Assembly (NCBI GenBank): GCA_035760705.1
Contig: DASTSL010000035.1
Location: 2,769 to 66,768, forward strand
Direction: 5' to 3'
Origin: Meiothermus sp.
GTDB taxonomy: Bacteria; Deinococcota; Deinococci; Deinococcales; Thermaceae
Length of the DNA stretch: 64,000 bases
Below the pieces are notes generated by a model. The model was not told the origin of the DNA, did not search any database, and was given only the letters and a program-made list of their open reading frames with translations. Positions 21,366-32,756 of this stretch are shown here, in pieces (positions within the stretch are counted from its first letter, which is position 1; every line of letters begins with the position of its first letter). A program made the translations under genes and the position numbers.

Positions 21366-23978
21366 GTGCGGCTGGTGGTTGCTCACGAAAACCTGGATTT
21401 CGACGCGCTGGGTTCGCTCCTGCTGGCGAAGCGGCTCTTTCCCGGCTCGGTGGGGGTCTTGGTGGGGGGGCTCGAGGGTCGCCTCAAGGAAGTGGTGGCC
21501 CTTCACGAGGATCACCTGGGGCTCCTTCCGGTCTCCTCGCTAGACCTCTCCGGGGTGCGCGAGGTGATCGTAGTGGACACCGCCCGCGCGGACCGCATCG
21601 GACCGGTGGGGGAACTGGTGGGGAAGGTTCCCTTCCAGGTCTACGACCATCACCCCCGCACCCCCCAAGACCTCCCGGCTGCCGGGGGGTTGGTGGAGGC
21701 GGTGGGCTCGACGGTGAGCCTCCTGATGCCGATGCTGGTGGCGCAGGGCCTGGAGCTTTCCCCCATCGAGGCCACCCTGGCCTACGCGGGCATCTGGGAG
21801 GACACCGGGGGGTTCAGCTACCCCGGCACCACCGCCCAGGACCTCGAGGCCGCGGCCCAGCTTTTGCAGCGGGGGGCCGAGCCCGAACGGGTACGCGAGT
21901 GGGTGCGCGAACGCTATGGCCCCGAGGCCCGCGAACTCCTCAGCCAGCTTTTGCTCAAGAGCCGGGTCGAGGAGCGGCACGGCTTCCGACTCTTAGTGGC
22001 GGCGGCCAAGGAGCAAGGCTACGTGCCCGCCCTGGCCCCCCTGGCCCACACCCTGCTCGATCTCTACAACAGCTCGGGGGTGCTGATGGAACTCGAGCTG
22101 GGCAGCGAAACCCTGCTGATCGCCCGCAGCCGGGAGCGCCTGGACGTGGGCGGCTGGCTGGCCGAGGTAGGCGGGGGCGGTCACGCCCGCGCGGCTTTCG
22201 CCAAGGTGGAGGGGCCGCTCGAGCCCACCGAACGGCTCCTACTGAGCCGCCTCGAGGCCCACCTCGACACCGGCCCCACCCTGCGCGAGCGGATGAGCCG
22301 CCCGGTGGCGGTCTTGCCCGAAGGGCTCACCGTGGCCCAAGCCCTGGAGGAACTCAAGCTGCGCGGGTTTGGCGGGATGCCGGTGGTATCTGCGGTGAAG
22401 CCGCACGGCGGGCCGCCGCCCACCCGCTGGGCGGAGACGTTTCCTTCGCCGCAAAGCGGGGTGCGGACTGGTACTCAAGTGAAGTCGCATAGCGACCCGG
22501 CTAGCGCCGGTACTCAAGAAGATGGTCCCGGCGTGGTCCGCATCCACGGCATCGCCCGTCGCCGCGACCTGGAAAAAGCGCTGCACCACGGCCTGGCCGA
22601 GACCCCCGCCAATGGGGTTCTCTCCCGCGCGGTGATCCTGCCACCCCAAACCCCGCTCCACGAGGCCGAGCAGGCCCTCAAGAGCGGCGCCGGGCGGGTG
22701 TTGGTCGGCGAACCGCTGGGAGACGATCTGTACCGGCTCGAGGGCATCTTTACCCGCACCGACCTCTACCGTGCCCCCCGTCCGAGCCCCCAAGTGAACC
22801 TGGCCCAGCAGGTCTGGGAACGCTTGCCGAGGGGGGTACAGGAGGTTCTCGAGCGTATACGGGAGGCCTACCCTGAGGGGGGCATCTACGTGGTGGGCGG
22901 CACCGTGCGCGATGCCTTGCTGGGGGCTTCCGGCCCGGATCTGGACCTGGTGCTCGAGCCAGGCGGTAAGCGCAACCTGCTGGACGAGTTGACCCGTCAT
23001 CTGGTGGGCTGGTTCGGCGGCAGCTTCGGGCTGCACCTGGCCTTCGGTACGGCCCGGGTCAAGCTGGGCTTTGGCCTCGAGGTGGACTTGGCCGAAGCCC
23101 GCGAGGAGCACTACCCCCACCCGGGTGCCTTGCCCCAGGTGCGCCCCTCTAGCATCGCCCGCGACCTCGAGCGCCGCGACTTCACCGTCAACGCGCTGGC
23201 CTTGCGGCTGGCCCCCAGCCCTGAGATCGTGGACCCCTTCGATGGCCTGGCCGACCTCGAGGCCCGTCTGTTGCGCCCGCTGCACCCGCTCTCCTTCGTA
23301 GAAGACCCCAGCCGGATCCTGCGCGGGGTTCGGCTGGCGGCCCGGCTGGGCTTCCGCTTCGCCCCCGAAGCCCTGACCCAGATCCCGGCGGCGCTACAGC
23401 CCGGGGTGCTCGAGCAGACCTCCAAAAGCCGTCTGCGCGACGAACTCCTGCTGACCCTGGGCGAAGCTTCCGCCACCCGGGCCTTGAGGTTGCTGGCCGA
23501 GCTCGGGGTGGCCGAGCCGATGTTCGGGATGGGTGCGAGCCCCGAGGTTCGAGAGGCTTTCGCGGCCCTCGAGCCCATCCTGCAAGCCACCTCCGACCCC
23601 GAGGCTGCCGTAGCGGCCCGGCTGTACCTCCTGCTCTACTTCCACCCCGACCCTGAGGGCTTCCTGGCCCGCTATAACTTGCCGCGCCGCTACGCCGAGG
23701 GGCTGCGCCACCTGCGCTTTCCCCCCGAAGACCCCGACGACATCCGCAAGTTCGTGGGCCTCCCCGAAGCCTTCCGGGCCCTGCACCCCGAGCGGGCCTT
23801 GTGGCTCCTCACTCCCCGGCGGATGCTGAGGGGTCGGGATCTCCTGGAGATGGGTCTGCCCTCCGGGCCGAAGGTCGGGGAGGTGTTACGCAAGGTGGCC
23901 GAGGCCCGTTCGCGTGGCGAGGTCTTGAGTTACGAAGAGGAACTCGAGTTTGCCCGTAAACTGGTAGGCGATGCTTAA
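21366..23978 (+). CDS. multidomain DHH/DHHA1 - CBS pair - poly(A) polymerase/tRNA nucleotidyltransferase (CCA-adding family) protein
   Basis: 870-aa ORF with a GTG start. VAHENLDFDALGS and DHH-type motifs, CBS-like segments, then GGTVRDALLG...DLDLV...RRDFTVNALA of the PolyA_pol head domain. Confidence 0.85.
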   Translation: MRLVVAHENLDFDALGSLLLAKRLFPGSVGVLVGGLEGRLKEVVALHEDHLGLLPVSSLDLSGVREVIVVDTARADRIGPVGELVGKVPFQVYDHHPRTPQDLPAAGGLVEAVGSTVSLLMPMLVAQGLELSPIEATLAYAGIWEDTGGFSYPGTTAQDLEAAAQLLQRGAEPERVREWVRERYGPEARELLSQLLLKSRVEERHGFRLLVAAAKEQGYVPALAPLAHTLLDLYNSSGVLMELELGSETLLIARSRERLDVGGWLAEVGGGGHARAAFAKVEGPLEPTERLLLSRLEAHLDTGPTLRERMSRPVAVLPEGLTVAQALEELKLRGFGGMPVVSAVKPHGGPPPTRWAETFPSPQSGVRTGTQVKSHSDPASAGTQEDGPGVVRIHGIARRRDLEKALHHGLAETPANGVLSRAVILPPQTPLHEAEQALKSGAGRVLVGEPLGDDLYRLEGIFTRTDLYRAPRPSPQVNLAQQVWERLPRGVQEVLERIREAYPEGGIYVVGGTVRDALLGASGPDLDLVLEPGGKRNLLDELTRHLVGWFGGSFGLHLAFGTARVKLGFGLEVDLAEAREEHYPHPGALPQVRPSSIARDLERRDFTVNALALRLAPSPEIVDPFDGLADLEARLLRPLHPLSFVEDPSRILRGVRLAARLGFRFAPEALTQIPAALQPGVLEQTSKSRLRDELLLTLGEASATRALRLLAELGVAEPMFGMGASPEVREAFAALEPILQATSDPEAAVAARLYLLLYFHPDPEGFLARYNLPRRYAEGLRHLRFPPEDPDDIRKFVGLPEAFRALHPERALWLLTPRRMLRGRDLLEMGLPSGPKVGEVLRKVAEARSRGEVLSYEEELEFARKLVGDA
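22477..22516 (+). repeat. in-frame double-hairpin repeat, copy 2 (encodes ..VKSHSDPASAGTQ..), flanked by direct GGTACTCAAG repeats
   Basis: AAGTGAAGTCGCATAGCGACCCGGCTAGCGCCGGTACTCA. GGTACTCAAG occurs at 22470-22479 and 22509-22518. Confidence 0.6.
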
Positions 23979-24597
23979 TATCGGTCTTCTCTCCCTCCTC
24001 GCTGACCCCCTGGCCTTTTTGGTGGCCTTCGCCGCCTGCGCCTTCGGGCTGGTCATGCACAACGTGGCCCAGGCCTGGCTGGCGAACCGCTACAAAGACT
24101 CCGGCCCGGCCCGTTACGGGTTTCTCTCGTTCGAGCCCAGGGTTCACCTGGACGTGCTGGGCATCATCTTTTTGATCCTGCTGGGTTTCGGTTTTCCCCG
24201 CCCCGTGCCCTTCCGGCTCTACGGGGCCAAGGAAGCCCAGGTGGCCCTGATGGGGCCGCTGGCTTTCTTCCTGATGGCTTTTATCTACGGCTTGTTGGCA
24301 GCCTTGTTGGGGGGAGGAGCCACCGGCTCTTTTGCCGAAGGGCTGAGCCGGGCCATGGGGGTAATGCTCCTGCACGCAGCGATCTTTCTCTTCCCGGTTC
24401 CCCCGCTGGACGGGGCCCGGGTGGTCTACGCGGTGGGAAGCCCCCAGGCCCGGCGGTTTATGGATCAGCTCTCGAGCTACGGCCCCCTGGGCTTTTTGGT
24501 GATCTTTTTGGTGCTCAACTTCACCGGGGTCACCTCGGCGGTCATTTACGGCCTCTCGGGGCTTTTAGGCACAATCTACCGGGCCATCGGGCTCTAA
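23971..24597 (+). CDS. site-2 protease (M50)-like membrane protein with degenerate metal-binding motif
   Basis: 208-aa paralog of the next gene. It has MHNVAQ where HExxH is expected but retains FPVPPLDG. Its start overlaps the end of the upstream gene. Confidence 0.7.
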   Translation: MLNIGLLSLLADPLAFLVAFAACAFGLVMHNVAQAWLANRYKDSGPARYGFLSFEPRVHLDVLGIIFLILLGFGFPRPVPFRLYGAKEAQVALMGPLAFFLMAFIYGLLAALLGGGATGSFAEGLSRAMGVMLLHAAIFLFPVPPLDGARVVYAVGSPQARRFMDQLSSYGPLGFLVIFLVLNFTGVTSAVIYGLSGLLGTIYRAIGL

Positions 24598-24718
24598 GCG
24601 TGACCCGGCTCAGGGTCGAGTTTTGGATTTGCTGTGAAATAAGCATCGGGCGCGTTGATCTATGTCGGTCGGTGTCTGGTGATCGGCGACCCGCGGCTTA
24701 GTCAGGGAGGAACCTCAG

Positions 24719-25399
24719 GTGCTCTTACAACTCTTGGGCCAAGACCCGGCCCTTTTTTTTCTGATCCTGGTGATCCTGAGCCTATCGTTGGTGCTTCACG
24801 AGCTGGGGCACGCGGTCGCGGCCTTGTGGATGGGGGATCGTACCGCCCAGGAGCAGGGCCGCATCACCCTTAACCCCTTCAAGCATCTAGACCCTATCGG
24901 GACGATCATGCTTTTGGTCGCCGGGCTGGGCTGGGCCCGGCCCGTGCCCATCCACCCGCCGAACTTTCGCAGCTACCGCCTGGGACTTTTCGTGGTGAGC
25001 ATCGCGGGGATCGTCATCAACGTACTGCTGGCTCTGGGCTTTGCCCTCTTGGTACGCTTTCTCCTGGATCTCGACCCTGCCGGGGTGCGGGCGGCCTTTG
25101 TCGGCGCACAGCGGGACTTCTTCGGGCTGCTGGCGTTGGCCGCTTATTTTTCCTTCGCCATCAACCTGGCTCTGGCGGTATTCAACCTGCTGCCAGTGCC
25201 GCCCCTGGACGGCTCCAAGATCTTGCAGAGCTTTCTGCCTTCCAGTTTGCAGCGGTTTTTTTGGCGGCTCGAGGCCAACCCCACCTATGCCATCGTGGTC
25301 CTGGTGCTGTTCTTGACGGTTCTGCGCCAACCGATCAGCCGCTTCATCGGCTCGGTGCAGGACGTCTTCCTGAACCTAATCCTCAATCTGGGCCGGTGA
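24719..25399 (+). CDS. site-2 protease family (M50) zinc metalloprotease
   Basis: LHELGHAV (HExxH) in a TM segment and [17 protein letters not shown] start with SD AGGGAGG. Confidence 0.8.
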   Translation: MLLQLLGQDPALFFLILVILSLSLVLHELGHAVAALWMGDRTAQEQGRITLNPFKHLDPIGTIMLLVAGLGWARPVPIHPPNFRSYRLGLFVVSIAGIVINVLLALGFALLVRFLLDLDPAGVRAAFVGAQRDFFGLLALAAYFSFAINLALAVFNLLPVPPLDGSKILQSFLPSSLQRFFWRLEANPTYAIVVLVLFLTVLRQPISRFIGSVQDVFLNLILNLGR

Positions 25400-25570
25400 A
25401 ACTCGCCGACGCTCCTCATATGCAGGGGCGCTTCGCGGAGGCAACCAAGCCCTTACACGCAGCCCAAAACATGGCTTGTCGGCTAAGTGCGCCCACGGTA
25501 GAAGGGTGGGGTTGAGCGGCGCGGCCTGGTGAGCTACCCTTCCCCACCCATCGTGTCTATGGGGGGATCT

Positions 25571-26389
25571 TTAGTCCTCGAGCCACCCCCGCAACGTCAC
25601 CAGGTTGTGGGCGTCGTGGGTTTCGCCGCGCTCGGTCTCCATCACGAAGAGCTTTCCCCGGAGCCGGGGGTGGCGCACCACCTCACGCAGCGCCTCCCCG
25701 ATCTGACCCTCGCGCAAATTGGCGTGTTGGTCAATATGGCTGCCCAAAGCCCCCACCGAGTCGTTGAGGTGGATAAGGGGGACCCGCTCGAGCCCGATCA
25801 CCCGGTCAAGCTCTTCGATCACCCGCTCCGGCTCGAGGTGGATGGGGTAACCGGCGGCGAAGGCGTGGCAGGTATCGAAGCAGACGCCCAAAGGAGTGCC
25901 CTCGATCAGCCAGGCCAGGTCCTCGAGCCTCGAGCCGATCCTTTCCCCGCCCCCGGCGGTGTTCTCCAGTAGCAACTTGGGTCCCCGCTTGCCGATGCGG
26001 GCCAGCTCGAGGGCCCTCCAGGCCCCCTCCTTGATCCGCTCGATCTCGCCCGAGCCCGGATGCACCACCACCAGCTCGACCCCCAGGATCTGGGCCTTGG
26101 TGAGATCATCGGCTAGGCTGAAGACGCTTTTCTCCCAAAGCTCGCCGGTGGCCCCCAGGTTGACTAGATACGAAGCATGGATGGCCGCCGGAAGATGGCC
26201 CAGGTTCTCCCGCCCGGCGCGGAAATGCTCGATCTCGCCGGGGCCCAGGTTGCGGGTCTTCCAACTGCGAGGGCTCTTGGCGAAAATTTGAAAGCCGGAT
26301 AGCCCCAGCCGCTGGGCCTCTATGACGGCTCCGGCCACGCCCTGTTTGCCCGCGATCGAGAGGTGAAAGCCGTAATGGATAGACCGCAT
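25571..26389 (-). CDS. nfo: deoxyribonuclease IV (endonuclease IV)
   Basis: 272 aa. IHASYLVNL, VVHPG, LLENTAG, CFDTCHAFAAGY and IHLNDS are typical Nfo motifs. Confidence 0.9.
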   Translation of the reverse strand: MRSIHYGFHLSIAGKQGVAGAVIEAQRLGLSGFQIFAKSPRSWKTRNLGPGEIEHFRAGRENLGHLPAAIHASYLVNLGATGELWEKSVFSLADDLTKAQILGVELVVVHPGSGEIERIKEGAWRALELARIGKRGPKLLLENTAGGGERIGSRLEDLAWLIEGTPLGVCFDTCHAFAAGYPIHLEPERVIEELDRVIGLERVPLIHLNDSVGALGSHIDQHANLREGQIGEALREVVRHPRLRGKLFVMETERGETHDAHNLVTLRGWLED

Positions 26390-26490
26390 CGCTTTCGGAG
26401 TTTACCCGATGCCCCCGGCGCTGGCACGGTAGGCATGGCTTGTGGGGGAAGTGGCACCGTAAGCGCTGGGCCCAGAGCCCGGCATCCTCT

Positions 26491-27060
26491 CTAGCGCAGC
26501 ACTTCCAAGCGCACCTGCTTGGTCCCGCTCAAGCCGATGCGCTGCGCGGCGGCGTACGAGAGGTCGATGATGAACCCCGGTGTGAAGGGCCCTCGGTCGT
26601 TGATCCGTACGATCACGCTTTGCCCATTGCGCGGGTTGGTCACCCTCACTCGAGTGCCAAACGGCAGGCTGCGGTGGGCCGCGGTAAAGGCGTACATGTC
26701 GTAGGGTTCACCGCTCGCGGTGCGTCTGCCGTGAAACTTGGAGCCGTACCAGGCCGCCAGCCCCTCGAAAGTCGCGCTCACCGCATCTTTCGCGACGCTC
26801 ACAGCCGATGAGCCCGCGACGGTGAGCACCTGCCCGATCTTGATTACGTCGCCGGGCAGGTTATTGGCCTGCTGGATGGCCTGTACGCTGGTCCCGTACT
26901 TGCGGGCGATGCTATAGAGGGTGTCGCCTTTCTGAACGGTGTGGGTTTGGGCGAGGGCCAGCGACCCCAGAAGTGCGAACAGAAGCAGGATCAGAGCAAC
27001 GGGCACCGAGCCCCGAGAACAACCGGCAGACCAGTACCCTGAACTCGCAGCCCTACTCAT
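26491..27060 (-). CDS. rlpA: LysM domain + RlpA-like double-psi beta-barrel lytic transglycosylase
   Basis: Signal/TM segment, LysM ([17 protein letters not shown]...) and the DPBB region ([20 protein letters not shown]...[22 protein letters not shown]). Confidence 0.85.
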   Translation of the reverse strand: MSRAASSGYWSAGCSRGSVPVALILLLFALLGSLALAQTHTVQKGDTLYSIARKYGTSVQAIQQANNLPGDVIKIGQVLTVAGSSAVSVAKDAVSATFEGLAAWYGSKFHGRRTASGEPYDMYAFTAAHRSLPFGTRVRVTNPRNGQSVIVRINDRGPFTPGFIIDLSYAAAQRIGLSGTKQVRLEVLR

Positions 27061-28100
27061 AGCTCCAGCCAGTCCTTCGGCGTGTGGGAGAGCACCTCGT
27101 AACCCTGCTCGGTCACCAGGACCAAGTCCTCGATGCGTACCCCGCCCAAATCCGGGATGTAGACCCCGGGTTCGATGGTGATGACCATCCCCGGCTCGAG
27201 CACATCCTCGGAGATCTTGTTGAGGCTGGGGGCCTCGTGGATCAGCAGACCGACCCCGTGGCCGAGCCCGTGGCTGAAGTACTGCCCGTAGCCTTTGCCC
27301 TCGAGGATACCTCGGGCCAGCGCATCCAGCTCCTGGCCGGTTTTACCGGGTGCGACCGCCTCGAGCGACTGTTGCTGGGCCTCGAGCACGGCGGCGTAGA
27401 TCCTCTTTAGCTCCTCGGAGACCGCCCCGACCCCCACCGTGCGGGTCATGTCCGAGCAGTACCCCTCGACCACCGCTCCGAAGTCCAGCGTCACCAAGTC
27501 CCCCGCTTGCAAGACGCGCTCGCTGGGGGAGCCGTGGGGCATGGCACTGCGAGGGCCCGAGACCACCGCGGTATCGAAGGCCACCCCCTCCGAGCCGTTT
27601 TTGCGCAGGAAGAACTCCAGCTCGAGGGCTATGTCAATTTCTCGGGCCCCGGGCTGCAAAAAGGGCAGGATGTGCTCGAAGGCCCGGTCGGCCAGGTTGG
27701 CGGCAGCACGGATGTGTCCGGTCTCCTGGGGAGACTTTCGCACCCGGTACTGCTCGATGAGGTCGTGGGTGGGAACCCACTCGCCGGGAGCTTGCTGGCG
27801 CAGGGTCTCGAGCTGGCCGTAGCTGAGGCCCATGGCCTCGAAGCCGATGCGCCCTTGGAGCAGCTCGGCGTAAACCTGGGGGCGTTCCTCACGCCCTGCG
27901 ATCCGCACCGGCAGATGCGATTCCTGCCCAGCCTGTACCGTGTAGCGCCCGTCGGTGAGCAGGGTGGCTCCGCTTTTGCTCACGATCACCTGAGCGTCTT
28001 TAGGGTTGGTGAAACCCGACAGATACCGCACGTTGGCCGGGCTAGAAATGAGCAGGGTATCCAACTCGTAAGCGCTCAAAAGCTTCCCAAAATCCATCAT
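27057..28100 (-). CDS. pepP: Xaa-Pro aminopeptidase (M24B)
   Basis: 347 aa. [29 protein letters not shown] and [15 protein letters not shown] are present. Confidence 0.9.
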   Translation of the reverse strand: MMDFGKLLSAYELDTLLISSPANVRYLSGFTNPKDAQVIVSKSGATLLTDGRYTVQAGQESHLPVRIAGREERPQVYAELLQGRIGFEAMGLSYGQLETLRQQAPGEWVPTHDLIEQYRVRKSPQETGHIRAAANLADRAFEHILPFLQPGAREIDIALELEFFLRKNGSEGVAFDTAVVSGPRSAMPHGSPSERVLQAGDLVTLDFGAVVEGYCSDMTRTVGVGAVSEELKRIYAAVLEAQQQSLEAVAPGKTGQELDALARGILEGKGYGQYFSHGLGHGVGLLIHEAPSLNKISEDVLEPGMVITIEPGVYIPDLGGVRIEDLVLVTEQGYEVLSHTPKDWLEL

Positions 28101-28107
28101 GTGAGGA

Positions 28108-28116
28108 AGTCTAACA
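28108..28116 (-). promoter_or_regulatory. extended -10 (TGTTAGACT), 7 nt upstream of the pepP ATG; leaderless arrangement
   Basis: The minus strand reads TGTTAGACT-TCCTCAC-ATG with no SD. Confidence 0.5.
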
Positions 28117-28163
28117 CGGGTTTCGGGGAGCCGGGTTTACCCTGGTTCCCTCAAAAGCAGACT

Positions 28164-28204
28164 ATCTTCACGAGCAAGATTATCGTGAAATATATCATAT
28201 AAGG
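28164..28204 (+). repeat. AT-rich dispersed element, copy b
   Basis: tcTTCACGAGcaagattaTCGTGAAatatatcatataagg, between the ileS 3' end and the pepP 5' end. Confidence 0.75.
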
Positions 28205-28246
28205 TTACTCGCACCCGGCTCTTTTGGGGGTTGGCCCGAAGGAGGT

Positions 28247-28269
28247 GGGGGCGTCGGCCAGACGCCCCC
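28247..28269 (-). terminator. GC-rich hairpin downstream of ileS (no clear U-tract)
   Basis: GGGGGCGTC-ggcca-GACGCCCCC, a 9-bp perfect stem. Confidence 0.4.
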
Positions 28270-28307
28270 ATTGTTCGATTTCCTCGAGATCGTGGTAAAA
28301 AGGCTTC

Positions 28308-31592
<3,285 letters not shown>

Positions 31593-31919
31593 CTTTTGGT
31601 CTCCTTCTGGAAACCCTAATGGGGTAAAACAAAACGTCCGTACCCTCACCCCACGATAGGGTTTCTCAGGTGCGGACGAGAGGGATGCTCCCGCGTTACC
31701 ACCGCACTTCTCGGCATCGGAGCTTTCGGACTTGCCGAGCACTCTTGAGCGCTATCACGGGCGCACCCGTCGGGTTCTACTTGGAGTCTAGGGCTTTAGC
31801 TCTCGACGCCTTTCTTCCCGCGGCTCCGGGGTGATGGCCCCTTCCTATGGCGCTTGGCGCGCTCGCCTTTACATCGAACCCAGCCTGTGCTAATCTTCAC
31901 ATTTGGCGGCTAGGCCGAC
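31593..31919 (-). promoter_or_regulatory. T-box riboswitch leader of ileS
   Basis: The minus strand has AAGUGCGGUGGUAACGCGGG (plus 31690-31709), matching the T-box core ..GGGUGGUACCGCG.. It is preceded by a 7-bp stem III (CUCGGCA..UGCCGAG) and followed by a hairpin plus UUUUGUUUU (plus 31626-31636). Candidate Ile specifier AUC-A at plus 31835-31832. Confidence 0.7.
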
Positions 31920-31925
31920 AGGTAC

Positions 31926-31954
31926 ACTCTAGCAAGTCCCCCAGAGCGAGTCAA
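31926..31954 (-). promoter_or_regulatory. candidate sigma-A promoter for the ileS leader (TTGACT-N17-TAGAGT)
   Basis: Read on the minus strand: -35 at 31949-31954 and -10 at 31926-31931. Confidence 0.55.
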
Positions 31955-31964
31955 CGCGAAGTAG

Positions 31965-31993
31965 TTGCACGCTGGACGGTGCTAGGGTAGACT
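31965..31993 (+). promoter_or_regulatory. candidate promoter for tal-rho (TTGCAC-N17-TAGACT)
   Basis: -35 at 31965-31970 and -10 at 31988-31993, back to back with the ileS promoter. Confidence 0.5.
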
Positions 31994-32100
31994 GCACCTG
32001 AAGCCAACAGCCCACGCTGTTCGACAGCCAATCTTGCCTTGCTGTGAACAGCCAACGCTGCCACCCCCACACAAACCGGGTTTTTGAAGGAGCTTGAGGT

Positions 32101-32754
32101 ATGGACTTATACCTGGATACTGCCGAGGTCAGCGAAATCCGCGAGATCGCGTCTTGGGGCGTGCTGGCCGGGGTTACCACCAACCCCAGCCTGGTCGCCA
32201 AGTCGGGGCGCAACTTCGAGGAAGTCATCCGAGAGATCAGCGAGATCGTCCGGGGGCCGGTTTCTGCCGAGGTGACCGCGCTCGAGGCCCCAGCCATGAT
32301 CGCCGAGGGGCGCAAGCTGGCGGCGATTGATCCCAACGTGGTGGTCAAGCTCCCCACCATCGTGGAGGGGCTCAAAGCCTGCAAGGCGCTTTCCGCCGAG
32401 GGTATCCGGGTCAACATGACCCTGATCTTCTCCGCCAACCAGGCCCTCCTGGCGGCCACCGCCGGGGCCTGGTGCGTCTCGCCTTTCGCCGGACGCCTCG
32501 ACGACATCTCCTGGGACGGCATGGACCTCGTGGCCGAGATCGCCCAGATCTTCGATATCCACGGGGTCGGCACCCGGGTGCTGGCGGCCTCGATTCGCCA
32601 CCCGGTCCACGTGCTGCAAGCCGCTAAGGCCGGGGCCGACATCGCCACCATGCCGGCTAAGGTGTTCCAGCAACTGATCCAACACCCGCTCACCGACAAA
32701 GGCTTGCAGCAATTCCTGGCCGACTGGGAAAAATCCAAGGAGAAAGCGAAGTAA
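32101..32754 (+). CDS. tal: transaldolase / fructose-6-phosphate aldolase family (short type)
   Basis: 217 aa. [31 protein letters not shown] and VKLPT (Schiff-base Lys region). SD GAAGGAG. Confidence 0.9.
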   Translation: MDLYLDTAEVSEIREIASWGVLAGVTTNPSLVAKSGRNFEEVIREISEIVRGPVSAEVTALEAPAMIAEGRKLAAIDPNVVVKLPTIVEGLKACKALSAEGIRVNMTLIFSANQALLAATAGAWCVSPFAGRLDDISWDGMDLVAEIAQIFDIHGVGTRVLAASIRHPVHVLQAAKAGADIATMPAKVFQQLIQHPLTDKGLQQFLADWEKSKEKAK

Positions 32755-32756
32755 CC

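Noticed and set aside
21191-22492. Very long Pro/Arg/Gly-rich ORFs in the track, for example 21191-22492 (+, 433 aa), 18988-20289 (-), 29988-31424 (+), 31929-33062 (-), 9234-10073 (-), 45243-46205 (+) and 62585-63679 (-).
   Set aside because: They lie antisense to or out of frame with well-recognised genes (accC, ileS, tal/rho, aspS, pgk and others). They have low-complexity R/P/G/A composition and no start signals. These are typical shadow ORFs of GC-rich DNA.
31640-31680. CTGAGA-containing segment in the ileS leader that superficially recalls a TPP riboswitch core.
   Set aside because: The rest of the TPP consensus is absent. The same leader has a clear T-box core and sits in front of an aminoacyl-tRNA synthetase gene.
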